Assembly: GCF_009914755.1 (NCBI RefSeq)
Contig: NC_060940.1
DNA from: the human T2T-CHM13v2.0 reference genome, Homo sapiens
DNA length: 64,000 nucleotides
Strand: one strand, 5' to 3'
Both the position numbers and the translations under genes were made by a program. How positions within the stretch are numbered: position 1 is the stretch's first letter; each line of letters begins with the position of its first letter. This document shows, in pieces, positions 29,101 to 45,200 of the stretch. The notes under the pieces were generated by a model. It was not told the origin of the DNA and ran no database searches. It saw nothing but the letters and a program-made list of their open reading frames with translations.

Positions 29101-30134
29101 GGCACTAGGCCGAGGTGGGGGGCTTCTCGCTCTCCCCGTCTTTTCCTGGCGTTTTCCTCCATTCCCTCTGGCTCCTATTCCCTCCCCCTTCCTCTCTTTC
29201 TTGGGTATGGTTGAGCAGGTCGTGCACTGCACAAGGACTCCCAGCAGAGGACGAGGACTGACATCAATTTGTCTTTCCCTCCCAACACTGTGCGTTCCCT
29301 AACCCTGCACGAAGGCACCCTCCTCCCCTCCTCAAGATTCCCCACCCGGCCTGGCCTGCAGCCCTAGCCCCAAGCCGCAGCTGGGCAGGTTGGGCAGAGC
29401 ACTGGGGAGGCCAGGCCCGGCCATGCTGAGCCCGGTGACTCGTCAGGGTTTGCACAAAACATCTTGAGCACCCAGCTGCAGGCCCCTCGGGACGTTTCCA
29501 ATGAGGCTCCCCTGGGCCCCTCTCTGTGGCAGAAGGGACCCCGGGGCTGCTTCGTAGGTCTCAACCCAGGGGAGGCCCCCAGAGACTCCGGAGCCAGGGA
29601 GGGGCCCAGCCCCCTACCCCCAGGCTGTGCTTGGCATGCAGAGATTGCGGGGGGTCTTGAGTTTTTGTCCCCAGAAGAATGGCTGAGTGGACTCTGGAGA
29701 AAAGACAAACACCCCTGCCCCACTGCCGCCGCCCTGTCTCCCAACAGTAAGAGTGCTTGTCAGCCTCCTGGCGGCAGGTGCTGCGGCCTGCGACCACCTG
29801 AGCCAGGCAGGTGATGCTAATGCGCCTCAGGGCAGCCCTGGCACTGGAGCTGCTATCATCCCACTGTACCCATGGGGAGAGCCGCTCTCCTCCCTCCTTT
29901 TTCCATTCTGTGTTATTTACAGAGCACCCTCCTGTATGCCCTGCACCACTCTCAACCCTGGGTACACAGATGGGGCTGCCACAGACGTGGCCCTCAAGGC
30001 GCTCAGGCCGCCTTTTGGGGAGGGCCGTGAGGGGCTGGAATTTTTCTGAGACAGCCAAGCGCCCGTGCAGAGAGGCCTGTATCAGCCCAGCCTAAGGCAG
30101 GGCCAACCCACACAGGAGCACCTGTCCTGCTGGG

Positions 30135-30555
30135 GATGCAGTGGGTTCTGCTGTGTCCTGGAAAAGGCTCTACCCACACCCTAACCCAACCTGTGAACGC
30201 GCGCTCATTTGGAAAAGGGGCTTTTGCTTTGATGTAATTAGGGAAAGGATCTTGAGATGGCTCATCCTGGGTTAAGGCAGGTCCCACGTCCTGAGAAGGG
30301 GGGAGGGATTATCTTTTAGACTGGGCCCTACATCCAACAACCAGTGTCCTTATAAACCACAGAAGAGGAAAAGGCGGGTGCAGCAGAGAGGCCACGGGAG
30401 GAGCCGCCAGCCCGGGAAACTGAGGGCTGGAAGAGCCTCCAGGAGGACCCAGCCCTGAACACGCCCAGCTCCACGGCCTCGTGGAATAAACTTCTCCCAT
30501 TTCACACCCCCCAGTTTGTGGTGCATGGTTAGCACAGCCCTAGGAAACCAGCACA
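30135..30555 (+). mobile_element. MaLR (MLT1-type) solo LTR
   Basis: ...atttggaaaagggg...gatgtaatta...gtgtccttataa...aataaacttc...ccagtttgtggt...cagccctaggaaac. Confidence 0.7.
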
Positions 30556-31182
30556 GATAGTGAGCTCCCCGTCACAGGAGGTATGCAAGCAGAGGGTGGG
30601 TGGGCAGGGGCACTGTCGGGAGGAGCAGCCCTGGGGACTCCAGCAATCTGTCTTTGATTCCTCCCAGACTGTTAACCCTGGGACACAGCCTCCTTCACCC
30701 CCAGAGGCCCACAGCAGACAAGCTGAGAGCCACACAGCGGCCAAGAGGAGGTGCTGGAGGGCCCAGGGGTCCCAGTGCTGCCTCAGCCCCACCCGACTTG
30801 GGAGCTTTTGTGTTCAGAGAGACTGAGGTTTTCAGCTTAGAGGACACCTCCGTGGAACACATCTGCACCGCGGCAGGGGAGGAAAGGCTGGGGGCACACA
30901 AGCACCCTCCCTCCCGCCCTCACCCCGAAGCTGAGGGGACCAGGGCGGACAGATTCCCCCACCTCTGATGTGGCCAGGGGCCCTGGGGACTCCAGGACAA
31001 CCCTCCTCAGGATGACGTCAAACCCCCGGCATTCAAACCTTCCCAAGTTCTGGCTGCAGCTGTCCCTTTCCGGGGAAACAAAGGCACCTCCAGCGCCCCC
31101 ACCCCCAGCCAGCCTCACCGATCAAGGAGGCCAAAGGCAGCTCCCGGCCCCGCTTACATAAAGCTTCCTGTGTGTGCTGGTC

Positions 31183-31250
31183 ACACCTCACACCTCACGC
31201 CTCACGCCTCATGCCTCACTCACACCTCACACCTCACTCCTCACACCTCC
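31183..31250. repeat. (CACACCT/CACGCCT)n simple repeat
   Basis: 7-bp periodicity. Confidence 0.75.
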
Positions 31251-31301
31251 AACTCAGACTTTTTAGCTTGAACTTTTTTCTCAATAAAACCACAGAAGCC
31301 C

Positions 31302-31625
31302 AGGCCGGGTGCAGTGACTCATGCCTGTGATCCCAGCACTTTGCGAGGCCGAGGTGGGCAGATCACGAGGTCAGGAGATCGAGACCATCCTGGCTAACAT
31401 GGTGAAACCCCGTCTCTACTAAAAATACAAAAAAATTAGCCAGGTGTGGTGGCGGGCGCCTGTAGTCCCAGCTACCCGGCAGGCTGAGGCAGGAGAATGG
31501 CGTGAACCCAGGAAGCTGAGCTTGTAGTGAGCCGAGATCGCACCACTGTACTCCCCGCCTGGGCGACAGAGTCAGACTCCGCCTCAAAAAAACAACAAAA
31601 AAAAAAAACAAAAAAAAACAACACA
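31302..31625 (+). mobile_element. AluY
   Basis: Alu consensus with A tail. Confidence 0.88.
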
Positions 31626-31894
31626 GAAACCCAACAGAGACCTGAAGACGTGCCTGCCTCCCCCATCTCCGGGACCTCTCCCACCTGGGTGAAGGGGGCA
31701 CGTGAGCCTCACCTGATCTTGACCATCTCAGCTAAAACACTGAACCACCCTTGGCACCCACCAGCAGCAGACGGAGAAGAACTGTATAGGGTGCAAAAGC
31801 GCCCCGCCACCATCAGGTCCAGATGAAAACCTACAAGTTGAATCAGCAAGGTGCTGACGGATACGCAAGCAGAAACCCTCTTATAGGAGGTTCA

Positions 31895-32190
<296 letters not shown>

Positions 32191-32364
32191 GTTTGAGAAT
32201 GTCAGACAAGGCAGCACCCTGTGTAGGTGCTCAGGTTGGGCGGAGTCTCTCTCGGGGGAGGGGGGTAACAGGACAGCGCCTCCCGGGGCCTCCTTGCATG
32301 TCTGTGTCCTGATGCACAGCAGGCGGGGGCTGCGGGGACCAGAGAAGGAAGAAGCGCCCCAGCT

Positions 32365-32426
32365 GGGCACTTCCCGAGGAGGAAGTGGTGCCGGAATTTC
32401 CCCCAGGTGTGGCCTCAGGTATAAGA
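32365..32426 (+). promoter_or_regulatory. IL17C: IL17C core promoter: NF-kB sites, ETS site, TATA box
   Basis: GGGCACTTCCC 32365-75; GGAAGT 32381-86; GGAATTTCCC 32393-402; TATAAGA 32420-26. Confidence 0.8.
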
Positions 32427-32520
32427 GCGGCTGCTGCCAGGTGCATGGCCAGGTGCACCTGTGGGATTGCCGCCAGGTGTGCAGGCCGCTCCAAGCCCAG
32501 CCTGCCCCGCTGCCGCCACC

Positions 32521-32526
32521 ATGACG
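32521..32526 (+). CDS. IL17C: IL17C exon 1 coding part (Met-Thr)
   Basis: Kozak gccgccaccATG, then ACG|GTGAGC. Confidence 0.92.
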
Positions 32527-32859
32527 GTGAGCCTCTCCACATGCCGCTCGGATGGATGCTGCTTGGATGTGCAGCCTGGCATGGAAGGGCTGGGGTTCTC
32601 TGAGCCTGGGAGGAGGGTGTTGGGATGGGGTCTGGGAAACCCCTCAGTCTGGGGGTAGGGGAGGCAGCTGCAGATCCTCGGAGCGCTGGCATGCTGGGTG
32701 TCTTGGGCTGAAGGGCTAGCCTCTCTGGGCTTCAGTTTCCCCATCTATAGAGGGAGGGCTGTACTCCATCTTTCCGCTGGGAACAAGGAAAGCTGAGGTG
32801 GAAGTGAGGTGCCCCCTGCCCTGGGCACCTCCTAACCACCCACCTGCCTGTTTCACCAG

Positions 32860-33188
32860 CTCCTCCCCGGCCTCCTGTTTCTGACCTGGCTGCACACATG
32901 CCTGGCCCACCATGACCCCTCCCTCAGGGGGCACCCCCACAGTCACGGTACCCCACACTGCTACTCGGCTGAGGAACTGCCCCTCGGCCAGGCCCCCCCA
33001 CACCTGCTGGCTCGAGGTGCCAAGTGGGGGCAGGCTTTGCCTGTAGCCCTGGTGTCCAGCCTGGAGGCAGCAAGCCACAGGGGGAGGCACGAGAGGCCCT
33101 CAGCTACGACCCAGTGCCCGGTGCTGCGGCCGGAGGAGGTGTTGGAGGCAGACACCCACCAGCGCTCCATCTCACCCTGGAGATACCG
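32860..33188 (+). CDS. IL17C: IL17C exon 2 (signal peptide and N-terminal region)
   Basis: accAG|CTC ... CG|GTGAGG; LLPGLLFLTWLHTCLAHHDPSLRG...RSISPWRY. Confidence 0.95.
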
Positions 33189-33692
33189 GTGAGGACCTGG
33201 GGATTCCGCTGTGGCGTGGGGCTGCCCCTCCCCTGGCGGGGCCCTGACTGCCCGGAGAGCTCTCTGGGCCTTGGTGGTTCTCACCTGTCAAGTGGGCGTG
33301 GCCACCTGAGCTCCCTCCCTCCGGCCCTCCTGACCTGGACGGCTGAGCTGCTGCTTGCGGCTGGCCGTGCCCTGCCTCCCACTGTCCTAGGTGGCCAGGG
33401 TCCCCTGGGGAAATTCTGGGCCCGTCACCTGAGCTCCTGCAGAAGTGGGGCTGGGTGATGAAGTGGAAGGGAGGCTCCTAGAGGCCTCCGGACCCTGCTC
33501 TGTGCTCTTGGAGGGCCCTGGGGAGACGTGGATTACCACCACATGTGAGCCCGACTGCACCCCAAGCCCGTGTGGCTCAGCCCTCGCTGCCTCAGGTCCT
33601 ATCCTGAGTACACGGAGAGGGGCCCTGAGGGGAGAGGGGCCTCCAGGAGGACAGGGTAGGGCCAGAGACTCACTGTGCACCCCGTCCCGCAG

Positions 33693-33951
33693 TGTGGACA
33701 CGGATGAGGACCGCTATCCACAGAAGCTGGCCTTCGCCGAGTGCCTGTGCAGAGGCTGTATCGATGCACGGACGGGCCGCGAGACAGCTGCGCTCAACTC
33801 CGTGCGGCTGCTCCAGAGCCTGCTGGTGCTGCGCCGCCGGCCCTGCTCCCGCGACGGCTCGGGGCTCCCCACACCTGGGGCCTTTGCCTTCCACACCGAG
33901 TTCATCCACGTCCCCGTCGGCTGCACCTGCGTGCTGCCCCGTTCAGTGTGA
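33693..33951 (+). CDS. IL17C: IL17C exon 3 (IL-17 cystine knot)
   Basis: gcAG|T; VDTDEDRYPQKLAFAECLCRGC...VPVGCTCVLPRSV*; spliced total 197 aa. Confidence 0.96.
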
Positions 33952-34008
33952 CCGCCGAGGCCGTGGGGCCCCTAGACTGGACACGTGTGCTCCCCAGAGG
34001 GCACCCCC

Positions 34009-34035
34009 TATTTATGTGTATTTATTGTTATTTAT
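34009..34035 (+). promoter_or_regulatory. IL17C: AU-rich element in IL17C 3' UTR
   Basis: Three TATTTAT heptamers. Confidence 0.75.
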
Positions 34036-34329
34036 ATGCCTCCCCCAACACTACCCTTGGGGTCTGGGCATTCCCCGTGTCTGGAGGACAGCCCCCCACT
34101 GTTCTCCTCATCTCCAGCCTCAGTAGTTGGGGGTAGAAGGAGCTCAGCACCTCTTCCAGCCCTTAAAGCTGCAGAAAAGGTGTCACACGGCTGCCTGTAC
34201 CTTGGCTCCCTGTCCTGCTCCCGGCTTCCCTTACCCTATCACTGGCCTCAGGCCCCCGCAGGCTGCCTCTTCCCAACCTCCTTGGAAGTACCCCTGTTTC
34301 TTAAACAATTATTTAAGTGTACGTGTATT

Positions 34330-34335
34330 ATTAAA
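34330..34335 (+). terminator. IL17C: IL17C poly(A) signal (ATTAAA)
   Basis: ATTAAA preceded by TGTA elements. Confidence 0.7.
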
Positions 34336-35109
34336 CTGATGAACACATCCCCAGAGGCCAACATTCAATGCGACATTCTCCCGTTCAGCCCTGGTCCAGG
34401 CCAGCCATGGACCCAATTCTGGGGTGTCCTTCCAGAAAGGTCTACGCAGCCGCGAGCAGTGCATGCAGGTGGGACTGAGCTGTAGCACGGGGGGGTCACA
34501 GGTGTCCCTGCTCTGCCCACACAGTGTCTCCCCTGAGGACACCCCTGGGAACAGGAACCAGCCTCCTTCCTCAAGCAGTGCCTTGAGCCCTATGCTTTGT
34601 AATGATGTGAGCGCCTAGGGGCACCCTCTCGGCCCCCAAGGCAAGTCTCTGAGGATGAACTGCAGGGCTGTCGGCTCAAGGCAGGGCCCCCAGCCTTCGT
34701 GGTTCGGATCAACATCCAAGGCCAAGCGCCCTCCCTGAAGGTGAACTAGCCACGCTTCGGGACCCAGGCTCTGTTGGAGATTTTAGTTAAGGGGCCCCGG
34801 GGGGAGCAGCCCCAGTCGTGGAAAGGGGGCCCAGGCCTGTGACAGTCTCAGGGTCTCAGTCTCTAGGCCCCCGGCCCCAAGGGCTGACATTGCCATGGGG
34901 CTGCTGGGCAGTTGTTAGCCCCTCCCCTGCCTGGCCCCCTGGCTCACCCACCTACTGCGTCCAGGTGCCTGGAGATGGGGGTGGGGGTGCTGCACAGAAG
35001 AACAAGGACTCCACTCAGACTCCCAAAGCAAGAGGCCTCAGGGAAGACTTCCTGGAGGTGGTGGCCCTTGTCCAGGAGATGGAATTTTCATTCAACACAT
35101 TTATTGAGT

Positions 35110-35395
35110 TTCTTTTCTTTCTTGAAAAAGGGTCTCGCTCTGTTGCCCAGGCTGGAGTGCAGTGTGGTATGACTTCAGCTCACTGCCACCCCCACCTTCT
35201 GAGTTCAAGCGATCCTCCCAGCTCAGCTTCCCAGTACAGGCGTGCACCACCACACCCAACTCATATTTGTATTTTTAGTGGAGGCGGGGTTTCGCCATGT
35301 TGGCCAGGTTGGTCTCGAACTCCTGAGCTCAAGTGATCCTCCCACCTCGGCCTCCCAGAGTGCTGGGATTACAGGCGTGAGCCACCGCACCCAGC
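35110..35395 (-). mobile_element. AluJ
   Basis: Diverged Alu. Confidence 0.8.
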
Positions 35396-35548
35396 CATAT
35401 GAGTTTCTACTAAGCACCTGGCACTGGGAACAGGCCGAGAACAAAATGGTGAAAACCCTTCCTGCCTCCACGGTGACTAATGAAACAAGTGGTGTGTAGT
35501 CTGTGAGTGAGTCCAGGACAGAGGCTCTGGGGGAGGGGCTGCAGTTCT

Positions 35549-35838
<290 letters not shown>

Positions 35839-37184
35839 AGGGGCTGCAGTTCTAAGCAGAGGGTCAGGGAGGCCTCGAAGACCTGAAGGGGAGGAGGAAG
35901 GAGCCAGGCAGCCATGCAGGGAACAGCTCCAGGCAGCAGGAAGAGCCCATGCAAAGGCTCTGAGAAGACACATGCTGCGTGTGTCCAAGGGTCAGAGAGT
36001 GGCCTGCGTGGCTGATGCCAGGTGAGAGGGGGACCGCAGGGGCAGGGCAGGGCGCTGGGGGTGCAGATCATGTCTGCCCTGGGGCCATCAGAAGCTTGTG
36101 GCTGTCACTGGAGGTAGCTGAGCCTGTGGGTTCTGAGCCTGCGGATTCTGAGCCGGAGGCACTGGGGTGAGGCTTTGGGTTTCAATGGCAGCATCAGGAT
36201 GGTTTCAGGGGATGAGGGCAGAGCGGGAGGCGGCAGGTGGCCTGGGTGGGGATGGCCCATGTAGCTGGGGTCTGGATTTGGGCCAGGATTGGATGTGGGG
36301 GTGTGGGGGTTTCAAGGGTGACCTGAAGCTTGGTGACCTGGGGGGACGGCTGAGATGAGGCTGGATTGAGACGTCTGTATGGTGCCGAGTGTTGGCTGGT
36401 GGGGGGTGGATTCTGAAGGCCCCCAGGAACAGAGGACCCTGGCTCTGAAGTGTGAGTTGCTGGGAGAGCAGGTGGACAAGCAGCAGGCAAGGGCTTCTCC
36501 GGCCTCAGGGGAGTGGGTGCCTTGGCGAGAGCCCAAAGGTGGGGGACGTGGCTGATGCCGGGCAAAGCTTTGGGGGCACCGGGCTGGGGTGGTGGTGAGG
36601 ACCTGTGGGCAGGTGTGTGTGCAGCCAGCCACAGCCTCCGCACAAGTGAGGGGAAGGGGTGGCCAGAAGCCCCTGCAACTTGGCCTGAGCGTCCTGGGCA
36701 GCTGGGGGGCCCCCCAGCATCAGTGTGGGGGCAAACAAGGCCACATCCGCCACCAGCTTCACCCCAGCTTCTACGGAAAAGAGGCGCAGGGTAGAGGCTC
36801 ACCACGTGGCTCCGGCCCTGTTCCCTTTTCACTTAACGCCAGCGGCCTCCTCTGGAATCCAAGCCCCTTAGGGAGGCGTTAGGTGTGGAGGGCCTGCAGG
36901 GCCTGCAGGAGCTGTCAAGGGAGGACTCTGCTGCCTCCTCCAGGCCCGGGAGGACCTTTCTAGGGAGGCACACACCTGGAATCCAGGTACTATATTTCGT
37001 GGAATATACGGTACCCGGGATTTCGTGTGCTGCTGAGAAGGAAGGCGATGCTGATGTTAATGAAACTGGAATGCGGCCCGGCTGGCAGGAAACGGGGTGC
37101 CTGCCCAGGCCTCGGGAACCATCGCTACCCCAGCCCCGCCCACCGGCCCCAGGCAGAGGCTCACGCGCTCCCGGCTTCGCTGCG

Positions 37185-37190
37185 TTTATT
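37185..37190 (-). terminator. CYBA: CYBA poly(A) signal
   Basis: AATAAA on the minus strand, 43 nt after the stop. Confidence 0.85.
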
Positions 37191-37232
37191 GCAGGTGGGT
37201 GCACCTGGCGGGAGGGCAGGTCCGGGGCGAGG

Positions 37233-37529
<297 letters not shown>

Positions 37530-38421
37530 CTAGGGGCCCTGGGACAGGCTCAAGTCTGAATCCCACGCAGGATGGTGTGACTGCCACTCAGAGAGGTTAA
37601 GTGACGCGCCCGAGGCCACACAGCCAGGACCTGGGTCGGCCTGACACCAGCCCAAGCTATTTCTTCATGCCAGGAGTGGGGCCCGAACCCCTGGGCTTCT
37701 GGAAGATCCCGTGGTGGACACTCCCAGATGCAAATTCTAGTACTCAAATTCTCCTCTCAAGGTGCCAAGGGCAGGGAAGGCAGGGAGGCAGGCCCGAGGT
37801 CCAGCAGGAGGGGTGGCCCAGGAGAGTAGCAGGCCCTGCTCCGTCTGGTGGGCGCCATTCACCCACGCTGGCCGGCAGCCCCCCAAGGGTGCCCAGGCAT
37901 TTCTGCACATGGGGGTGGTGGGGGGAGAGCTTGAAGACCACGGGATTCCACTGGCTTTTACTAAAAATACAGACTCCTGGGCCCATGCCCGGAGGTTCCA
38001 CTGCAACAGGTCAAGTGGACCTGGGAGTGTGTGCTTTTCATCTTCTATCCCATAATATCTGGTGGAAAAATATGTCACATCATATACGTCATGAACAGAA
38101 AGAGAAACTGGACATGTGTGATCCTACCTGACTCCAAAACGGAAACATTCCATTCTGAAAAGCAAAACTAGAAGGCTGATAGAAGAAAAGGCAGGAACGT
38201 GAAGGCAGGACCCAGGGCCAGGGAAAGGTGTTTTCACAAAGCACAGACCATAGAGCAGGTGAACAGGGAAACCTCTGCTCTTCCGTGCAGTGAAGGACTC
38301 CACGGGCCAAGTTAACAGACCCTCACCAGAAAGCATGAAGGCATCCCCAGTGTCTAAAGTTTACAAAGGCTAAATAGCTAAAATATATGTGGACTTCCTG
38401 CAACTTAAGAAAAAGACAATC

Positions 38422-38883
<462 letters not shown>

Positions 38884-39664
38884 CTAGTGCATGGTGGGAG
38901 AGATGGGGCCACATGGCTGGTGGTGGGTTGTCTGCTGGGGAGCAGCTGAGCCCGGCAGGGTGAACGGTGCAGAGGCTGATGCCTGACCCAGCAATTCCTC
39001 TCTGGGTTTAGCACAAGGAATTCCTCCCGAGGTCTCCAGGAGCCACTAGCTGTGCGTGGCAGCAGGGAGACGGGGGGGATGCGGGTGGCCCCCGGAAAAC
39101 AAAGCAACAGCCCAGATGAGCACTTGGCAACAGGAAGGGGTTCTAAAGGAGAGTTCTGCCGGTGGCAGGTCAGTGAGGCTTGAAACAGAACTCCACTTCC
39201 ATACGCGGAAGGCGTACACAGAAAGTGCTGCACCTTTCCCACGCACACACACTAGAAGACGCACAGCAAGGGGAGGGCAGTTGCCTCTGCGGGCAGGAGG
39301 GACTTGGCTCTATGGACAAAAGGATTTAAATAAGCAAAGTCTGAGGGCTCTGTCCACCCAGAGACCCCCGCAGTGAGAGGTGGCCTGCAGCCGTCTGTTC
39401 CGGAGCCCAGGGCAGGCAGAGGGCATTTCACCCAAGGCCTGGCCAGGCTGCGCCCTGTCCTCCCACCCATCCCTGGCCTCTCAGAGAGATCACTGTATCC
39501 CATGGGATGGGCAGCCTTCTAACAGGGTGCAGCAGTCATAAACCAAACGCAGGTGTCGGCAGTTTAAGAAAATGTCTGCGTCCTGGCACCGCCCATGAAT
39601 CAGCGCGAATAGGGTTTAGGTGAGAAAAGCCTGATAATGGGACCCAAGCGCAGGCACGGTCTTC

Positions 39665-39800
39665 GGCCGGCTGCGTGACCCCAGGCCAGTCACAGCACCT
39701 CCCTGAGCCTCCGCATCTTTGTCTGTAAAGTGGGGACCCCAGTACCCCTCCCAGGGCTGTGGTGCGGGTTAATGAGGAAATGCAAGGAAATGACCCGACA
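39665..39800. mobile_element. MIR fragment
   Basis: gtgacccc...ctccctgagcctc...tctgtaaagtgggga...agggctgtggtg...ttaatgag. Confidence 0.65.
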
Positions 39801-39980
39801 CACTAGACACGCCAAAAATGGCAGCAGCAACCGCTGCGTCCCCGCCGTGCTGTGAGCACACGCCCAGGCTCACACTTGCTCCCAGCCTTGGCTCAGCCTA
39901 CAGAGCCGGCTTCAAGGGCCATGCGTGTCCGAGGGTGTCAGGGCAGGGGCTGGGGATGGGGGTGGCCGGGGCCGACCTCA

Positions 39981-40118
<138 letters not shown>

Positions 40119-40160
40119 TCAGAAAGGGGAACGGAGCCCCAGGTCTGGGGGCCAAGGCCA

Positions 40161-40266
40161 CAAAGTCTCAGGACAAGGCAGACTGCAGACCCAGGGGACG
40201 TGCGCGGACCGGGGCTGCAAAGTCTCAGCACAAGGCAGACCCAGGGGACGTGCGTGGACCGGGGCT
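40161..40266. repeat. ~50-57-bp tandem duplication in CYBA intron 4
   Basis: caaagtctcag(g/c)acaaggcagac...ccaggggacgtgcg(c/t)ggaccggggct, two copies. Confidence 0.8.
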
Positions 40267-40683
40267 TGTTTCGGTCCTGGGTGTTCTCGGCCTTGATGTG
40301 GCCGCTAGCGGCTCTGGTGCACTTGCTCGGAGGAAGCAGCCACGTGTGGGTGTCCTGGCCTCAGCCGGCAGTAACCAGCAGACACACAGCACGGAACCCT
40401 CCACCCTACCAGGAAGCCCAGGCAAGACCCCCCAGCAGTGCATGCTGACCCCAGACCCTGGCGACGGATCGGAGCTCCTCGGATTTGGAGTGGATCCTTA
40501 CAAATCCTGCACACTAGACAGCAGACACAGGCCCTGCCAGAGCCAGGGACCCGAATTTTTGTTTGGAAAAACACTGAGGTAAGTGGGGGTGGCTCCTGTC
40601 CAGGCAGCCCGGCCGGTGGGACAGTGGGGAGGGTCGGCTCCAAGCCCTCCTGAGCCCTAGAGGGGGTGCGGGACGGGGACTCA

Positions 40684-41470
<787 letters not shown>

Positions 41471-41961
41471 AGGTCGGGGGCAGCCACTGCCTGAGGTCAC
41501 AGAGCCAGGAGGCAGCCACGGGAGGTTCCAACAGGTCTGGCACTCGGGGCTGCCCACGCCCTCCCTCCCACCACCCTGCCCAGTGCTCCTTGTCGCAAGG
41601 TCCGGCTGGGCGGCAGGGCTGAGATGGGGCAGAGGAGGTAGAGGGGCCGGTCAAGGGGGATGACTGACAGGAGCGGGCAGAGGGGATCCCAGCAGTCCAA
41701 CAGGGAGGCCTCAGTGCTGGCCCTGGCCCTCTGGTGACACCCCCTGCCCACCACTCACCAGGACTTAGACTGGCGGGTCTGCCGCTGATCGCCACATGGT
41801 CCTGGCGAGGGGCCTGGCTGCTGGGGCCTGGGCTGCCCAACCCGTGCACAGCCCACCCTGTGTCCCAGCCTGGCTGCGGTGGTGGGGAGCGGAGGCAAAC
41901 AGCTCACTGTGAAGTGGCTCCCCAGCTCTGCCCTGGGCGTTCCCCGCCCACCCCAGCCTCA

Positions 41962-42114
<153 letters not shown>

Positions 42115-42457
42115 CTACTGTGGGCCACCAGGCCACCCAGAGCTGCCCCCTACCCATCCCCACAGCACAGTGACAGGGTCGGGGACACCCCCAGGAGGCA
42201 CCCCTCTGCACTGGTGAAGAGCAGAGCCTGTGGCGCACGGGCTGGCGGAGGGGGTGCTGGACATGCCCGGGCTCTGGGTCCCAGGAGTGGCCAAGGACAG
42301 CCCGACCTGCAGGCCCCAGTGGGCTCTGGGACCCCCAAATGGACCCCCTTGTCACCATGAGTCTTTGTTTGATGCACTGAAAGCTAACAGGCCGAGTGTG
42401 GTTTCTGCATCTTCTTGGGGGAGTGTCTTTTTCCCCCCGATACGGAGTTCCTCTTAA

Positions 42458-43160
<703 letters not shown>

Positions 43161-44885
43161 CTGCCAGCCATTCTGTTTTTGTCTCCACATGGTCTTGTTG
43201 GAAGATTTCCTATCCTTGGTTTGAGCCCAGCTACACATTAACTCTCTGGGTTTGTCTGTCTGCGTCGGAGGAGGGGAGGGCAGTGTCCTTGAGTCTACTC
43301 AGCCAATTGTCCATGCATCTTTGGGGACCGTCCTGGTCCCGAGCCTGCCATCCGAAAGAGGGTGCAAAGCTGCCGCTGGTGCCACCAGGGAGGTCTGAGG
43401 ACGTATTCTGGCACCCAGCCACATTTACAGAGCACCTGCTGTGTACAGGGGGGACTCTTTGTCAAGGCCCTGCTGTCTCCGGGCCAGCTGCCTCCTGGGG
43501 CTGCACGGTCTGGAAGGACCTCCCCAGGCAGGTGGCATTTGAATTGAGAAATAAATGAGACAGCCATGAGGCTCTGCAGAAGCAGCAGCTTGTGCCGAGG
43601 CCCTGGGGCACGCTCAGGAGATCTAGGAACAGAAAGGAAGCACGGCAGCTGGAGGAGGGGGCCGGAGAGCTGGGAGGCCAGGGCGGGCAGTGCAGGGCGT
43701 CCAGTCTGGCTCTAACTCTTCGGGCCAGGAGCCCCTGGAGGGTTTCAGCAGGAGGCCAGACTAGAGCCCAGGTCTCCTGGCTCCCAGCTGGGTGCCCTCA
43801 GTCCGTCTACTTCCTGTAGGGAGTGCGGGGCAGGCAGGGTGAGTCTCACGGGGCAGCTCTGGGGAGAGCTGTCTGAACTGACCCACCGACTTCTTGGCCG
43901 CTGACTCGAAGCAGGCGGTCACTTTCCTGGGCACAGGACAGGCTGCAGGGCCCCGTCCTCCAGCCCTCCCACCCTGAGGTCTCTGCTCCCACTCCAGCTG
44001 CCACGCACCCTCCAGACAACAGGGAGGGCGCTCAGAGCCCCAGGGGAGTGGTGGCAGCGGGCCCCTCCTCCTCACCCTCAGCCCCCAGGCCCTTCCCAGG
44101 CACTCCTCCCCCGGTGCAGGTCCTTCCTGGAGCTGCTGCAGTGGTGCCTCTGCCCTCAGACCTCGCCTGAGCCCAGCCTCACCCGTGCTGGGCCAGACAC
44201 TCCCTGGCCCTGGTCCCGAGAGGGTCCATTTCCAAATGGAGTCCGCTGCCCTCACCAGAACCTCTGAGCAAATGCACAGGAGGGTGACTGGGGGCTGTGC
44301 CATCCCACCCCAAGAGCAAAGTGCCTGTGCAGCTGGGCTGGGCAGGGCCGTCACTGGGTGGTTTCGGCGCCTTGTGAAATCTCAGACCGCCTCCAGCGCA
44401 GACTCCAGATGAGAAGGGCTGAGCCCCAGGGCATGAGCCCATTCCCCACCCCAAGCCCAGGGAGAGCGACCTCCAGGCCAGCTGGCTACCGAGGGGCAGG
44501 GGAGCTTCTCCCGATGCCCAGGCCGGAGCCCCCACTCGGGGGCTTCGGGGCGGTGACCCCGGAAACCACCGGGGCTGAACCGCCTCTTCCCCTGCGCTGC
44601 AACTTCCTCCTTCGCGGAGTCGGGGGACCGAGAGAAGGGAATGGGGGAGGGGCGCCGCGCTCCGCAGGGTCTGCAAGGGAATTACTGGGGGTCTCAGAAC
44701 TCCTCCTTCCAGCCCGCGGCCTGAGGGTCCCGCCCCCGTTCCCCGCACCCTCCTGGCCTGACCCCGGCCCGGCCTGGCCCGCCTGGCGCCCCACTTCCCC
44801 ACCCTGTAAGTAGCCCGAGGTCCCGGCTGGGGTCTTGGGACACCCCTCCAGGCTGCAGCCTCCACCGTCCCTGACGTGCACTCAC

Positions 44886-44943
44886 TCAGGCCGGACGCCA
44901 GCGCCTGCTCGTTGGCCCACATGGCCCACTCGATCTGCCCCAT
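44886..44943 (-). CDS. CYBA: CYBA exon 1 coding part (cytochrome b-245 alpha chain, p22phox)
   Basis: MGQIEWAMWANEQALASGL|GTGAGT; spliced total 588 nt, 195 aa. Confidence 0.96.
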
Positions 44944-44959
44944 GGCGACACGAACCCGG

Positions 44960-45200
44960 CTGGGACACTGCTAGGCGCGCACTGCCGCCCCTGCGCTCCC
45001 GGCCGAACCCCGCCCCGCCCAGGCCCCGCCCCCAGCCCCCCAGGTGACCGCGGCTGGGCGGAGACCCGCATCTGTAGGGTGCAGGGCTGTCCCGGAGCCT
45101 TCTGCCCCCGCCCTCTCTAGCCACGCCGAGGCATAGGAGGGGCCCTGCCCGGCAGCCCCAGCCCAGGCGGGGAGTTCCTGCGCTTCCCCAGGGCTTCCCA
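44960..45200 (-). promoter_or_regulatory. CYBA: CYBA CpG-island promoter with Sp1 GC boxes and G4-prone tract
   Basis: CCCCGCCCCGCCC...CCCCGCCCCC at 45007-45041. Confidence 0.7.
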
